DNA from: an uncultured Gammaproteobacteria bacterium
GTDB taxonomy: Bacteria > Patescibacteriota > Patescibacteriia > 2-12-FULL-57-11
Reading direction: 5' to 3'
DNA length: 64,000 nucleotides
NCBI GenBank assembly: GCA_964648865.1
Contig: CAZYLV010000001.1
Location: forward strand, 18,476 to 82,475
Shown here piece by piece: positions 21,298 to 31,243 of the stretch; position 1 is the first letter of the stretch; every line of letters begins with the position of its first letter. The position numbers were made by a program, and so were the translations under genes. Below the pieces are notes generated by a model that was not told the origin of the DNA, did no database searches, and was given only the letters and a program-made list of their open reading frames with translations.

Positions 21298-22203
21298 TCA
21301 AGCGCCCAGGAACGTCCGGACCAGCGGCAGGGCCTCGTCCGGATCGCGGAGCCAAAGGATGCGCGTGTCCTTGCGGAACCAGGTGAGCTGACGGCGGGCG
21401 TAGGCATGGCTGTCCCACTTGATGCGCTGCACGGCCTCGGCTTCGGTAAGCGCGCCATCGAGATGGGCGATGATCTCGCGGTAGCCGATCCCGGAAAGCG
21501 CCGGCGGGCCCGTGCCGTAGCGTCCCACGAGGCGGCGCACTTCGGCGAAGAGCCCGCGGGCCACCTGCTCGTCGACACGGACGTCGATGCGCCGGTAGAG
21601 CTCCTCGCGCGGCAGGTCGATGCCCAGCTGCAGCGTCCGGAGACGCGGCCATGCCTTCCCCTCCCCGGCGGGCGCGGCGCGGGCCACCTCGAGCGCCCGG
21701 ATGAGCCGGCGCTTGTTGCGCCGATCGATGGTCTCGGCGCGCTCCGGGTCCAGGTCACGCAGCTCCCAGAGGAGCTCCGCCGCGGTCTTGCGCTCCAACC
21801 GTCGCCGCAGTGCCGCGTCCGGGGGCACGCGCGGGATCTCCAGCGCATCCACCACGGCACGGATATAGAGCCCGGTCCCGCCGACCAGGATCGGTACCCT
21901 CCCCCGCTCCCGGATGGCGGCGATGGCCGCGAAGGCCCGCTCCTGCCAATCGGCCACGGTGAAGGACGCATCCGGATCGATGATGTCGATGAGATGCTGC
22001 GGCACCCCGAGCACGGTGGGCACGCCGCCCGGTCCGGGCAACGGATCGCGCTCCTTGCCGGTGCCGATGTCCATGCCCCGATAGACCTGTCGGGAATCGG
22101 CGCTCACCAGCTCGCCGCCGAACGCCAAAGCCAGCCGCACGGCGAGCGCGGTCTTCCCGGAGGCGGTGGGGCCGACGACGGCCACGAGCTTCCCTGCGTC
22201 CAT
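21298..22203 (-). CDS. miaA: tRNA dimethylallyltransferase
   Basis: GPTASGKT, SADSRQVYRGMDIGT, VGGTGLY, YARRQLTWF. Confidence 0.97.
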   Translation of the reverse strand: MDAGKLVAVVGPTASGKTALAVRLALAFGGELVSADSRQVYRGMDIGTGKERDPLPGPGGVPTVLGVPQHLIDIIDPDASFTVADWQERAFAAIAAIRERGRVPILVGGTGLYIRAVVDALEIPRVPPDAALRRRLERKTAAELLWELRDLDPERAETIDRRNKRRLIRALEVARAAPAGEGKAWPRLRTLQLGIDLPREELYRRIDVRVDEQVARGLFAEVRRLVGRYGTGPPALSGIGYREIIAHLDGALTEAEAVQRIKWDSHAYARRQLTWFRKDTRILWLRDPDEALPLVRTFLGA

Positions 22204-22259
22204 GGCTCCTCTATACCCGAAACGGCCCGTTGGCTACAATGGGCGCAACCACTTCCCCT

Positions 22260-24428
22260 ATGGCACGCGAAGGTTTCTCCCCCGCTCCGGAATCCGCCCG
22301 CAAGGCCTTCCCCAAACCGGAAGGCTACAAGCCGCCCAAGCGGGAGGCCGTGCCGCCGCCCATCCCGGAGGCGGCACGCCGGCCCAAACCGCCGTCCGAG
22401 AAACCGCCGCCGCCGCGCATCGACGTCACTGGCGCGACGTTCCTGGCACCCAAAGAGGTCTCATTGACCGGCATCGAGACGCCGGCACAGGCCACGGATC
22501 TAGTCGAGAAGCGGACGATGCCGGCGCGCGGCGAGAAGCTCAAGGCCCGCGAGGAGGAGAGGCAGCGCGAAGCCGCCGAACGCGGTCCGCAGTTCGAGGC
22601 CGGCACCAACGCCGCCAAGGAGAAGGGTGCCGCGGCCTTCGCCGACCCGGACAAGGGGACGTTCCTGTTCGTCGCCTCGGAGAAGGCCGGCCCGGCGACC
22701 GTCGGCGCTCTCGCTGAGCAGATGGCCGCGCCCATGGAAGCTGCAGCGGCCCGCGCCCAGCAGGAGGAGGCCGCGCTCTTGCTGACAGGTGCCGAGGAGG
22801 TCGCCCGCGGCCGCGCATCGACGGTCGATGGCGGTCTGCTGAAGGCTCAGAGCGTGGGAACGGAGGCCGCGATCCTCACCGAGAACGCCCACCTCGTGGC
22901 GCGCGGCGATAAGGCCACGACCATCGAAGTGCCACCATTCGTGGCCGGCACGGTCATCGACGAGGAGATCTCCCCCATCGAGTTCTACGGAGACGTAAAG
23001 GGTGCCCGCGAGCAGATCGGGGCGATCCTCGACGGGGAAGGCGGCGCCGCCGGCGCCGAGCGGCGCCTGGAGCAGGAAATCGCGGATGCCCAGGCCGCGC
23101 TCGATGCCAAATATGCCGAGATCACATCATGGATGGGCGGGCAGGACCCCTACGAGACGTTCCCCAGCCGCGACGATCTGCTCCAGGCGGTCGAAGACGG
23201 GAAGATGCTGCCGGAGGCGATGACCTACCTCGAACAGGTCTATCCTGCGCCCGAAGATACGGTCCGCACCAACCCTTCGCTGGTCGACATCCGCGACAGC
23301 GCCAAACGGACCCGCACGCAATACGAGTTCCCGCTCGGCATCGCCCGGACGCTCGAGAAGAAGATCGCCGACATGCGCCAGGCCCGACTCACCCAGAAGG
23401 GCGAGGACTTCGACGAGAGCTTCCGTGACCTGCTCGACGATCCGGACGTGACGGAGCTTGCGCCCGGCAGCCGCGTCCTGCTGCTCGAGAAGCTCCGTGA
23501 GCCGGTCGCGCTCACCCCGGAAACCGCGAAGGACATGGCCGCGCCGACACTCGACGACGCCGCCGAAGCGCGCGTCGAGGAGGAGGCCTTCGCGCTTTCC
23601 CGGGCTTTTGAAGAATACAAGAAAGCCAAACCGGAGGAGCAAGCCAAGGCGCTTGCGGTCATCAACGGCGTACTGGACGCGCCCGAGATGAAGCAGGTCA
23701 TGGACACGCCGGCGGAGCGCCTCGCGCTCTACCGGAAGGTCGCGGACGCCTATCCTGCGGGAGACCGCAGCATCGACATCCTGTTCCGACGCGACATCAA
23801 GGCTGTCCCCTCCGAACGGGCTCTTGCCGAGCGGCTCACGGAGCCGACGCTCTCCCAGGAGGAACGCGGCACGGTCGGCGACATCGTCTACGAGATGCGC
23901 CGGGACAAGGCCTTCGACGAAGGCGTGCTCAAGAAGGATCCGCGCTTCCAGCAGCTCTCGCGCGAGGGCAAATTCGCGCTGGTCAAGCGGCTGGAGAACG
24001 AGGACATCGCCTCCGAAAAACAGGCGGCGGAGCTGCTGCGCACCAAGAGCCTCGTGGTGCGCGGCCGGCCAGGCGACAAGCTGGCCATGCTCAAGGTCAA
24101 CCGCACCGGCGAGATCACCCGACTCGACGACAAGTTCGTGAAACGCGCGGAGCAGGACCAAGTCCAACTGGGCGGCGCCGAGCGGACCGTCGAGCAGCAG
24201 GCGGCCACCTCGCTCAGCGTACCGGTCGAGGCCGGCGACCAGATCATCGTCGTCCCAAAGGAATTCGTCGAATCGCGCTTCGGCGTCGAGGAGACCGAGG
24301 GCATGGGGCGTATCGAGCAGCTCATGGCGGAGATCAAGGGCGACCCCAACCGCAGCGCCAAGACCACCTCGCAGAAGCTCAAGGACCTCTCGGACCGTCC
24401 GCACCTGGCGCTCAAGATCCCGCTGTAA
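22260..24428 (+). CDS. Large acidic orphan, possibly a split degenerate PP2C-like fold
   Basis: Long GC3-biased ORF, CCTATG start, Pro-rich N-terminus; GGCTACAAT upstream. Confidence 0.8.
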   Translation: MAREGFSPAPESARKAFPKPEGYKPPKREAVPPPIPEAARRPKPPSEKPPPPRIDVTGATFLAPKEVSLTGIETPAQATDLVEKRTMPARGEKLKAREEERQREAAERGPQFEAGTNAAKEKGAAAFADPDKGTFLFVASEKAGPATVGALAEQMAAPMEAAAARAQQEEAALLLTGAEEVARGRASTVDGGLLKAQSVGTEAAILTENAHLVARGDKATTIEVPPFVAGTVIDEEISPIEFYGDVKGAREQIGAILDGEGGAAGAERRLEQEIADAQAALDAKYAEITSWMGGQDPYETFPSRDDLLQAVEDGKMLPEAMTYLEQVYPAPEDTVRTNPSLVDIRDSAKRTRTQYEFPLGIARTLEKKIADMRQARLTQKGEDFDESFRDLLDDPDVTELAPGSRVLLLEKLREPVALTPETAKDMAAPTLDDAAEARVEEEAFALSRAFEEYKKAKPEEQAKALAVINGVLDAPEMKQVMDTPAERLALYRKVADAYPAGDRSIDILFRRDIKAVPSERALAERLTEPTLSQEERGTVGDIVYEMRRDKAFDEGVLKKDPRFQQLSREGKFALVKRLENEDIASEKQAAELLRTKSLVVRGRPGDKLAMLKVNRTGEITRLDDKFVKRAEQDQVQLGGAERTVEQQAATSLSVPVEAGDQIIVVPKEFVESRFGVEETEGMGRIEQLMAEIKGDPNRSAKTTSQKLKDLSDRPHLALKIPL

Positions 24429-24442
24429 AAAAGAGAGCGCTT

Positions 24443-24823
24443 CTAGGCGCTCTGCCGCATGACGTTCTCGAGATCCTTGGTCTCGGAGCCGTAGCTGACC
24501 CGCAGGGACACCACCTGCGGGTTTCCGCGCGCGTCCGTGGGGACGGGCTTCGCCGGACGGGCGATGGTCCGGACCGGGAACCCCGAGCGCTGCGTGTGCT
24601 CGACGATCTCGAGCGGGACTTCGGTGCCGTCCTCGAGCACCAGGCGAGGGTTGAGCCGGGCGAAGACGTCGTGGACGCCGATGCGGTCCTCGGCGTCGAC
24701 CGAGACCAGCAGGTCGCCTCCCCCATGGGCCATGATGCGTGCCTTCACCAGGCAGCGGTACAACCATCCCGGGTGGGCATCCATGCGGAACACCCGGGCG
24801 AGAGCATCGGAAAGACTCGACAC
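24443..24823 (-). CDS. Orphan hypothetical protein
   Basis: GTG 24823 with SD GGAGGT; TTGACG-18-TATGGT promoter at 24956-24927. Confidence 0.6.
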   Translation of the reverse strand: MSSLSDALARVFRMDAHPGWLYRCLVKARIMAHGGGDLLVSVDAEDRIGVHDVFARLNPRLVLEDGTEVPLEIVEHTQRSGFPVRTIARPAKPVPTDARGNPQVVSLRVSYGSETKDLENVMRQSA

Positions 24824-24991
24824 GAGTGACCTCCACATGTGGAAGCATGGTAACGCGACGGTGAGGGAAAGGGAAAGGGCGGAAGGTGCGGCCGGCGGCC
24901 GCCCCCGTCCGCGGCGCGGACCGCACACCATAGCCGTCTTCCCCCCAATCCGTCAAGGGTCGGGAGAACCGGGAGCGCGACGTCCGGAGCC

Positions 24992-25069
24992 GTTGTACAG
25001 CGGCGATTGACGGCGCTTTCCTGCGGTTCCTCACCTCTCGGGCGTCTCCGTCAGCCGACGCTGTACAGC
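24992..25069. repeat. Imperfect 22-bp inverted repeat between divergent orphans
   Basis: 24992-25013 versus the reverse complement of 25048-25069 is 18/22; both arms contain TGTACA. Confidence 0.6.
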
Positions 25070-25120
25070 CGTCCATTGACGCGCCGCGTCGTGCATGGTG
25101 TCGTGCGGACGGAGGCGACC

Positions 25121-25522
25121 ATGCACCATGTTCCTGCCGAGCTCTGGGTGCTCCTGGTGAGCGCCACGGAGGACGGACTGTTCATCCACTGCCTGCCGAA
25201 CAGGGACGGCCGCGTCCCGGACGGCATGGAGACGCTCCGCTGGAGCGTCGAGACGGCCAACGGCGGAGCGCAGCTGCGGGTCCTCAAGACCGAGCGCTTC
25301 AGCGGCGACCTCACCGTCGGGCTGACGTGCGTCGGGCGTCGCGCCCGGGACCGCGCCCTGCTCACGGCCACGCGACGCTTCGCGGAGGGGGTCCCCTTCG
25401 CCATCGATGCCGTCCGCATCGAGATCGACGAGCACGCCCTGCGCTTCGCCGCGACGCCGGGCTGGACCCGCGCCGGCAGCCGCCGCTACGAGAAGGCCGA
25501 CGCCGGAGAACGCGCTGCCTGA
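25121..25522 (+). CDS. Orphan hypothetical protein
   Basis: ATG with SD GGAGG; followed by hairpin plus T7 at about 25512-25537. Confidence 0.6.
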   Translation: MHHVPAELWVLLVSATEDGLFIHCLPNRDGRVPDGMETLRWSVETANGGAQLRVLKTERFSGDLTVGLTCVGRRARDRALLTATRRFAEGVPFAIDAVRIEIDEHALRFAATPGWTRAGSRRYEKADAGERAA

Positions 25523-25535
25523 CCGCAGCGCTTTT

Positions 25536-26843
25536 TTATTCTGCGGCGGATGCCCGCAACGTCTCGATGAGCCCCTGCGCCGCCTGACGCGACGCGCGTT
25601 CGGTCGAGACGGCGCGTTGCAGGCGATCCACCACGTCCGCCCAGTCCGCCTTCTTCTCCTTCGGGGCACGCGCCATCCTCTCCACGGCCAACTCGAGCAT
25701 GCCGTCGAAGACGCGCTCCGCATCATCCGCGGCCTGGATGCGCAACATGGCGTAGTCGAGCCCGGTGACGTCGGCGTTCTTCGCCGCCAGCCCGTCGTAG
25801 TGGGCCTTCACCGCGTCGCTGATGATCTGGCTGAACTCGTGGAGGTCCTTGCTGGCGAGCGCTGCATCCTCCCAGTCGGCGGCGGTGATGGCCCGCTCGG
25901 CGCGGACCGTCCGCCCCTCCATGGTCCCGACGGCGGACTCGAGACCCGCCACGGAGCGCTCCGCGGTCGGCTGATCGATTTCCACCATCCCGATGCCGCT
26001 GAAGATGTCCTCGACGTCCTCGACGACGGTGTCGAGCGAGGCGGTCCTCAGCATCGCCGTCTCCGCCTCCAGCTCCTCGGCCGGCGGGTACTCCGAGACC
26101 GCGCGCGCGGCGCGGGGAGCCTCGATCTCCTCCGTGATCCGCTCCGCGGCCAGGTCGATGCGCTCGGCCTGCTTCCTGCCGGCGATCGTCATGATGCGTT
26201 GTTCATGCGCGATGTCGCCGTCGAGCCGCCCGATGAGCTCGCCGCAACGCTCGATGATCTGCTGCTGGTCGGACCGCAGCAGGAGGCCGACGACGGCGCC
26301 GCGCATCTCCTGGAAGGAGCAGATGGCGTCCCGTGCCGCGCGGATGCGCATGCCGAGCTCCACGCCTTCATTGAAGGCCTTGCGGCCCTCGACGGCCTGG
26401 GCGAGGTTCAGCGAACGCAAGGTGTCCGTGGCCTGGGCGAGCCGGTGGAGCTCCTCAGCCTCGGCGCGCAGCGCGGCGAAGCGCTTGGCGTCGATGGCCG
26501 CTTCCTCGCGCAGGCGGTCGGACGCGGCCAGGGCCTCGATGTCCTTTTCGGCCTCGCGCATGGCGTCGGTACGGGACTCGACGAAGGCCAGCATGCCGTC
26601 CACGGCCTTCTCGAGCGTCGCCATCTCCTCTTTGGAGAGCGCGGGCTTCTCACGGAGCTCCTGCAGCTTCATGACGTCGGCGATGGCCTCGCGGACGTCC
26701 TCGGAGGGCGCCATCATCTCGGCGAGGAGCTCTTGCGTCTCGGTACGCGCCTTGCGCCGCTCGAGCGGGACAGGGGCGGCCTTCTCGGCGTCCTTGCCGA
26801 GTTCGAATTCGACGTCTTGGGGGCGGATGCGACGCTCGGGCAT
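25536..26843 (-). CDS. Acidic alpha-helical/coiled-coil orphan
   Basis: 435 aa, A/E/R-rich; CCTATG start; GGTATACT upstream. Confidence 0.8.
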   Translation of the reverse strand: MPERRIRPQDVEFELGKDAEKAAPVPLERRKARTETQELLAEMMAPSEDVREAIADVMKLQELREKPALSKEEMATLEKAVDGMLAFVESRTDAMREAEKDIEALAASDRLREEAAIDAKRFAALRAEAEELHRLAQATDTLRSLNLAQAVEGRKAFNEGVELGMRIRAARDAICSFQEMRGAVVGLLLRSDQQQIIERCGELIGRLDGDIAHEQRIMTIAGRKQAERIDLAAERITEEIEAPRAARAVSEYPPAEELEAETAMLRTASLDTVVEDVEDIFSGIGMVEIDQPTAERSVAGLESAVGTMEGRTVRAERAITAADWEDAALASKDLHEFSQIISDAVKAHYDGLAAKNADVTGLDYAMLRIQAADDAERVFDGMLELAVERMARAPKEKKADWADVVDRLQRAVSTERASRQAAQGLIETLRASAAE

Positions 26844-26930
26844 AGGTGGGGGTTATGCTCGCCTCCAGTATACCCTTGACGGGTGCCCCGGAAAAGCGTA
26901 TGGTGAGGCGTCCCAAAGGAGGGGCAACCG

Positions 26931-27371
26931 ATGGCTGGGACGACCAAGGCACGGACGCCGTGCCGACCTGAGTTCATCCTGCAGCTGCAGTTCGAGGAGC
27001 ATGAGGGCACGCTGGAGCGCGCGCTGCTCCTCTACCCGCGGGCCCGCGCCGACGGCGCGCTGCCGTCGGAAGCGGACTTCGCCGGGCTCCGAGTGGCCTA
27101 CGAGAGCGCGGGGCGCTCGCGCAGGCGCCGCCTGGTCCCCTACCGCGTCACGGCTGCGCACCCGCTGCTCCCCCGCTCGATGGGCAAGCGGCAGGGACGC
27201 ATGCTCTGGCTCGAACCGGCCAGCGTGCTGGCCGGGGAGGTCGAGGCGCTCGCGCGGCAGCGGGACGCCGAGGGCCGGGCGATCTCGTCCATCCACCTGC
27301 GCTGGCCAGACGGCCACGAGGAGCGGTACGACCGCGTCCTCGACGACGGGCTCTGGTTCTTCCGGTCCTGA
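26931..27371 (+). CDS. Orphan hypothetical protein
   Basis: TTGACG(26876)-17-TATGGT, SD AAAGGAGG; terminator-like hairpin plus T-run at about 27363-27395. Confidence 0.7.
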   Translation: MAGTTKARTPCRPEFILQLQFEEHEGTLERALLLYPRARADGALPSEADFAGLRVAYESAGRSRRRRLVPYRVTAAHPLLPRSMGKRQGRMLWLEPASVLAGEVEALARQRDAEGRAISSIHLRWPDGHEERYDRVLDDGLWFFRS

Positions 27372-27432
27372 CCACAGGGCCGTTCTTCTTTTTTTATGCT
27401 ATAGTGATGGGGATTTCCACAAACGTTAGCCT

Positions 27433-29313
27433 ATGCCCGAAGGCGCCCGCCGCATCGAGAGCGACTACGAGAAACTTGGGGTCGAGCCCGAGGAACTCGA
27501 GGATTACATCGGCAATGCCGTGGTCCGCGTCTCCGAGCTCCAGGCCGAGAAGGCACAGCTCGAGGGCGAGGGCGCGCCCAAAAAGGAGATCGCCGAAAAG
27601 AACCGCGAAATCCGCACGCTGCAGAAGCTCATCCGCGACAACGAGAACGCCTTCCGCAGGGCGGACGAGCGCCGGAAGGAGACGACGGCCAAAGCCAAGC
27701 AGGACCAGCTCATCTCCCGGACGAAGGCCGCAGTGGCCCGGGCCAAGGTCGGACGCATCGCCAAAAAGGAAGCGCCCGCCGAGCCGGAAGAGCGGACCGA
27801 CGAGGAGATGGCCAAGCAGGCCGAGCTCATCGAGCGCACCAAGGCGGCGGTCAAGACCAAGACGCTCATCGAACGGACCAAGGCGGCCGTAGCCCGTAAG
27901 GAGAAGGCCGACAAGGAAGCCCGCGACATGGACGAGGCCGAGCGCGCCGCCGCGGAGTTCCGCGCGCGGCTCGAGGCGCGCAAGCAGGCGCGCGAGGCCA
28001 CCGAGAAGGAGCTGATGAACCAGCTCGTCGCCGCCATGGAGGCCGGGCCGGTCACGGAGAGCAAAGAAGAACGGCCGTTCCGCGAGCAGGCCGAGGTGAA
28101 CGGCATCCAATTCTCGGTCGGCTGGGCGGAGCCGGACAAGCGGTACGAGGCGTACTTCCCCCAAATCGACTTCATGTCCCGTACGGCGAGGCAGTACGGC
28201 ATCCACGATCAGGTCTTCATCCTGGATGCCGAGACGCCGGCAGAAGCGCGCGCGGCGTTCCAGAAGATCAAGGACGCCATCAAGGACGAGTCGGACCCGT
28301 ACCGCGCCTACGCCAAGGCCGAGGCCGCCGTGTACGGCGAGAAGTTCGAGGAACCGGCACCGGAAAACCTGCCTGTGGACGAGGAAGAGACCTACGAGCG
28401 GAACGTCTCCGACGCGGACGTCTCCGCCCGAGTCCGCATCTGGGCCGGGCTAAACAAAAAGGGGCGCGAGGGGATGGAGGCAATGCTCTCGGACGCTGCA
28501 TACGGCCCCAAATATATCAAGGAACGCACTCGGGCGTTCCTCGCCCAAGAGTACCCTGGCTGGGACCGCGGGGATTTCCAAGAACTGCTCGAACAGATCG
28601 CCCTCGAGCGTGACCGGCTGGAGACGGAGAAGGCGCGCAGCAAACGGTTCAAGGAAGAAGCCACCGAGCTGGCGACCGAGCGGCTCGTCGAAAAGCCGAC
28701 CGCGCGCATCGACGCCCTGCGCGAGAAAATCCGCAAGCTCAAGGAGGAGGCCAAGACGGAGCGCGAGCGCCTCGGCACCATGACCGGCGACACCGAGGCC
28801 GAGGAGCGGTTCTTCGAGCAAGGGTCCAAACCGGAGGAGCTCGCCCGCCGCGAGCGCGCCAAGGACCTGTATCCCGAGGAGACGCCGGATGAGGCCGTCG
28901 CGCAGATGGAGAAGATCGAGGCCCAAAGCGCCCGCGACTTCGAGAACGAGCAGGACTTCGCCACGGCCTTTACTGACGCGGTCAGGAACGATCCCGCGCG
29001 GCGCCTCAACCCGGACGTCGCCAAGGAGTACGCCGCGCAATACTGGAAGCTCCTCCAGAAGGACAACCGGCGCCTGGCCGAAGCCATGAAGCCCCAGCCC
29101 AAGGTCGGCTTCTTCCGCCGCATCTTCGGCGGCGCGCCCAAGCCCAAGCAGGTGATGACGCCCCAGGAGATCGTCCAGTTCCAGAAGATGGACAAGATGG
29201 TCCGCGAGATCATGGAGAAGCCGTCGACCTCGCTGCGCTCCGTCCGCGTCGGCGCCCGGTCCGCGTCGCGCGGCCCCGGCGCGCCCACGACCATGGGTCG
29301 GCCGCCCCGTTGA
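27433..29313 (+). CDS. Large charged coiled-coil orphan with internal repeats
   Basis: 626 aa; three LIxRTKAAV repeats; KVGFFRRIFGG near the C-terminus; TGCTATAGT promoter. Confidence 0.8.
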   Translation: MPEGARRIESDYEKLGVEPEELEDYIGNAVVRVSELQAEKAQLEGEGAPKKEIAEKNREIRTLQKLIRDNENAFRRADERRKETTAKAKQDQLISRTKAAVARAKVGRIAKKEAPAEPEERTDEEMAKQAELIERTKAAVKTKTLIERTKAAVARKEKADKEARDMDEAERAAAEFRARLEARKQAREATEKELMNQLVAAMEAGPVTESKEERPFREQAEVNGIQFSVGWAEPDKRYEAYFPQIDFMSRTARQYGIHDQVFILDAETPAEARAAFQKIKDAIKDESDPYRAYAKAEAAVYGEKFEEPAPENLPVDEEETYERNVSDADVSARVRIWAGLNKKGREGMEAMLSDAAYGPKYIKERTRAFLAQEYPGWDRGDFQELLEQIALERDRLETEKARSKRFKEEATELATERLVEKPTARIDALREKIRKLKEEAKTERERLGTMTGDTEAEERFFEQGSKPEELARRERAKDLYPEETPDEAVAQMEKIEAQSARDFENEQDFATAFTDAVRNDPARRLNPDVAKEYAAQYWKLLQKDNRRLAEAMKPQPKVGFFRRIFGGAPKPKQVMTPQEIVQFQKMDKMVREIMEKPSTSLRSVRVGARSASRGPGAPTTMGRPPR

Positions 29314-29320
29314 TACGGTG

Positions 29321-29354
29321 CAGAAAACCCCCGGCACCTGCCGGGGGTTTTCTG
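29321..29354. terminator. Bidirectional intrinsic terminator
   Basis: CAGAAAACCCCCGGCA-CC-TGCCGGGGGTTTTCTG between convergent genes. Confidence 0.85.
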
Positions 29355-29359
29355 TCCGT

Positions 29360-31168
29360 CTACGAGACGTGGCCGGCGATCTCCTTTTGGACCTTCTTCA
29401 CGAACGCGCCGAGCATCATGGTCTTCTGCGCCTGCTCGCCGCGTTTGCGGACCGTGACCTTCTTGAGGGCCTTCTCCTTGTCCCCCACCACCAGCATGTA
29501 CGGGACTTTGGCCTTCTCGGCCTTGCGGATCTTGTAGCCGACGCTCTCGTTGGCGTCGTCGTCCTCCGCGCGGATGCCGGCCTCCGCGAGCATCTTGGCG
29601 AGCTTGGCCGCTGCCTTGAGGTGCCCCTTGCCGACAGGGATGACGGCGACCTGCACCGGCGCGAGCCAGGTCGGGAAGGCGCCGGCGTAGTGCTCGATGA
29701 GGATGCCGAGGAAGCGCTCCACCGAACCCAAGATGGCGCGATGCACCATGACCGGGCGCTTCTTGGTGCCGTCGGCCGCCGTGTACTCGAGCCCGAAGCG
29801 CTCCGGCTGGTTGAAGTCGAGCTGGATGGTGGCCAGCTGCCACGTGCGGCCGATGGCGTCTGTGGCGATGAAGTCGAGCTTGGGGCCGTAGAAGGCGGCG
29901 TCCCCTTCGCCGATGTCGTAGTCGACCTTGTTCTTCTTGAGGACGTCCTTGAGCGTCCCTTCCGCCATCGTCCACACCTCATCCCCACCCAGGTACTTCT
30001 CCGGCTTCTGCGGGTCGCGCACCGACAGCTGGACGCGCAACGGCATCTTGAAGACCTTGTAGAAACTCTTGATCACCCGGTAGACGTTCTGGATCTCCTT
30101 CTCGGCCTGCTCCGGCGTGCAGAAGAAGTGCGCATCGTCCTGGGTGATGGCGCGTACGCGCGTGAGGCCGGCGAGCTGGCCGGTGTTCTCGTCGCGGTAG
30201 ACGGTGGTGTTCTCGGCGTAGCGGATGGGCAGGTCGCGGTAGCTGCGCGGCCGGCTGGCGTAGATCTGGGTGTGATGCGGGCAGTTCATCGGTTTGAGCA
30301 CGAACCGCTCGTCGGACTTCTTGGAGGAGACATGGAACAGGTCGTCCTCGAACTTGTCCCAGTGACCGGAGGTCCGGTAGAGGTCGGCCTTGGTGATGTG
30401 CGGGATCCAGACCCGCTTGTAGCCGTACTTGGTCTGCAGCGAGGCCACGAATTCCTCGAGCGCGCGCCGCAGCATGGTGCCGCGCGGGGTGAAGAGCGGC
30501 AGCCCCGAGCCGACGAGCGGCGAATAGACGAAGAGATCGAGCTCGGCGCCCAGCTTGCGATGGTCGCGCTTCTCGGCTTCTTCCAGCATCTTCCGGTGCG
30601 CGTCGAGCTCCTCCTGGGTGGCGAAGGCCAGCCCGTAGATGCGGGTCAGCTGCGGGTTCTTCTCGTCCCCGCGCCAGTAGGCCCCGGCGACCTTGGTGAG
30701 CGAAAAGGCGCCGAGGTCGCGCGTCGTAGCCACGTGCGGGCCGCGGCAGAGGTCGACGAACTTCCCGGTGCGGTAGACGGACGCCACGTCCGGCCGGGCC
30801 GCATCCACATCCTGCGCTTCCTCGGCCTTGATCTTGGTGGTCCCCTTCTCCTTGAGGTCGGTGAGGAGCTCCACCTTGTAGGGCTGGCCCATCTCGGTGA
30901 AGAAGGCGATGGCCTGGTCGAGCGGCATCTCCTCGCGCGCGTAGGCCTCGCCGCGCTCGGCGATCTTGCGCATGCGCTTCTCGATCCTCGGGAGATCGCC
31001 CGCCGTGATCGGCTGCGGCGTCTGCAGGTCGTAGAAAAAGCCGTGCTCGACCACCGGCCCGACGCCGAGCTTGGTGCCCGGATACAGCTCCATGACCGCG
31101 GCGGCCAGGAGGTGCGCCGTGGAATGACGGACGGTGTCGATGGGGAAGGCCTGTTTCTCGTGGGGCAT
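29360..31168 (-). CDS. thrS: Threonyl-tRNA synthetase
   Basis: RHSTAHLL, DLCRGPH, RDHRKLG, KPMNCPHH, RVRAITQDDAH, FYGPKLD, HRAILGSVERF. Confidence 0.98.
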   Translation of the reverse strand: MPHEKQAFPIDTVRHSTAHLLAAAVMELYPGTKLGVGPVVEHGFFYDLQTPQPITAGDLPRIEKRMRKIAERGEAYAREEMPLDQAIAFFTEMGQPYKVELLTDLKEKGTTKIKAEEAQDVDAARPDVASVYRTGKFVDLCRGPHVATTRDLGAFSLTKVAGAYWRGDEKNPQLTRIYGLAFATQEELDAHRKMLEEAEKRDHRKLGAELDLFVYSPLVGSGLPLFTPRGTMLRRALEEFVASLQTKYGYKRVWIPHITKADLYRTSGHWDKFEDDLFHVSSKKSDERFVLKPMNCPHHTQIYASRPRSYRDLPIRYAENTTVYRDENTGQLAGLTRVRAITQDDAHFFCTPEQAEKEIQNVYRVIKSFYKVFKMPLRVQLSVRDPQKPEKYLGGDEVWTMAEGTLKDVLKKNKVDYDIGEGDAAFYGPKLDFIATDAIGRTWQLATIQLDFNQPERFGLEYTAADGTKKRPVMVHRAILGSVERFLGILIEHYAGAFPTWLAPVQVAVIPVGKGHLKAAAKLAKMLAEAGIRAEDDDANESVGYKIRKAEKAKVPYMLVVGDKEKALKKVTVRKRGEQAQKTMMLGAFVKKVQKEIAGHVS

Positions 31169-31243
31169 AACGGCATCAATCTTGCCGGTTCTCATGGCAA
31201 AAAGCAAAGGGGCGGACGCATGGGTCCGCCCCGACGCTCGTCC

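Noticed and set aside
22020-22050. Small palindrome in a short miaA insertion (GCCCGG-T-CCGGGC)
   Set aside because: A 6-bp GC stem is expected by chance at this composition and has no REP tag.
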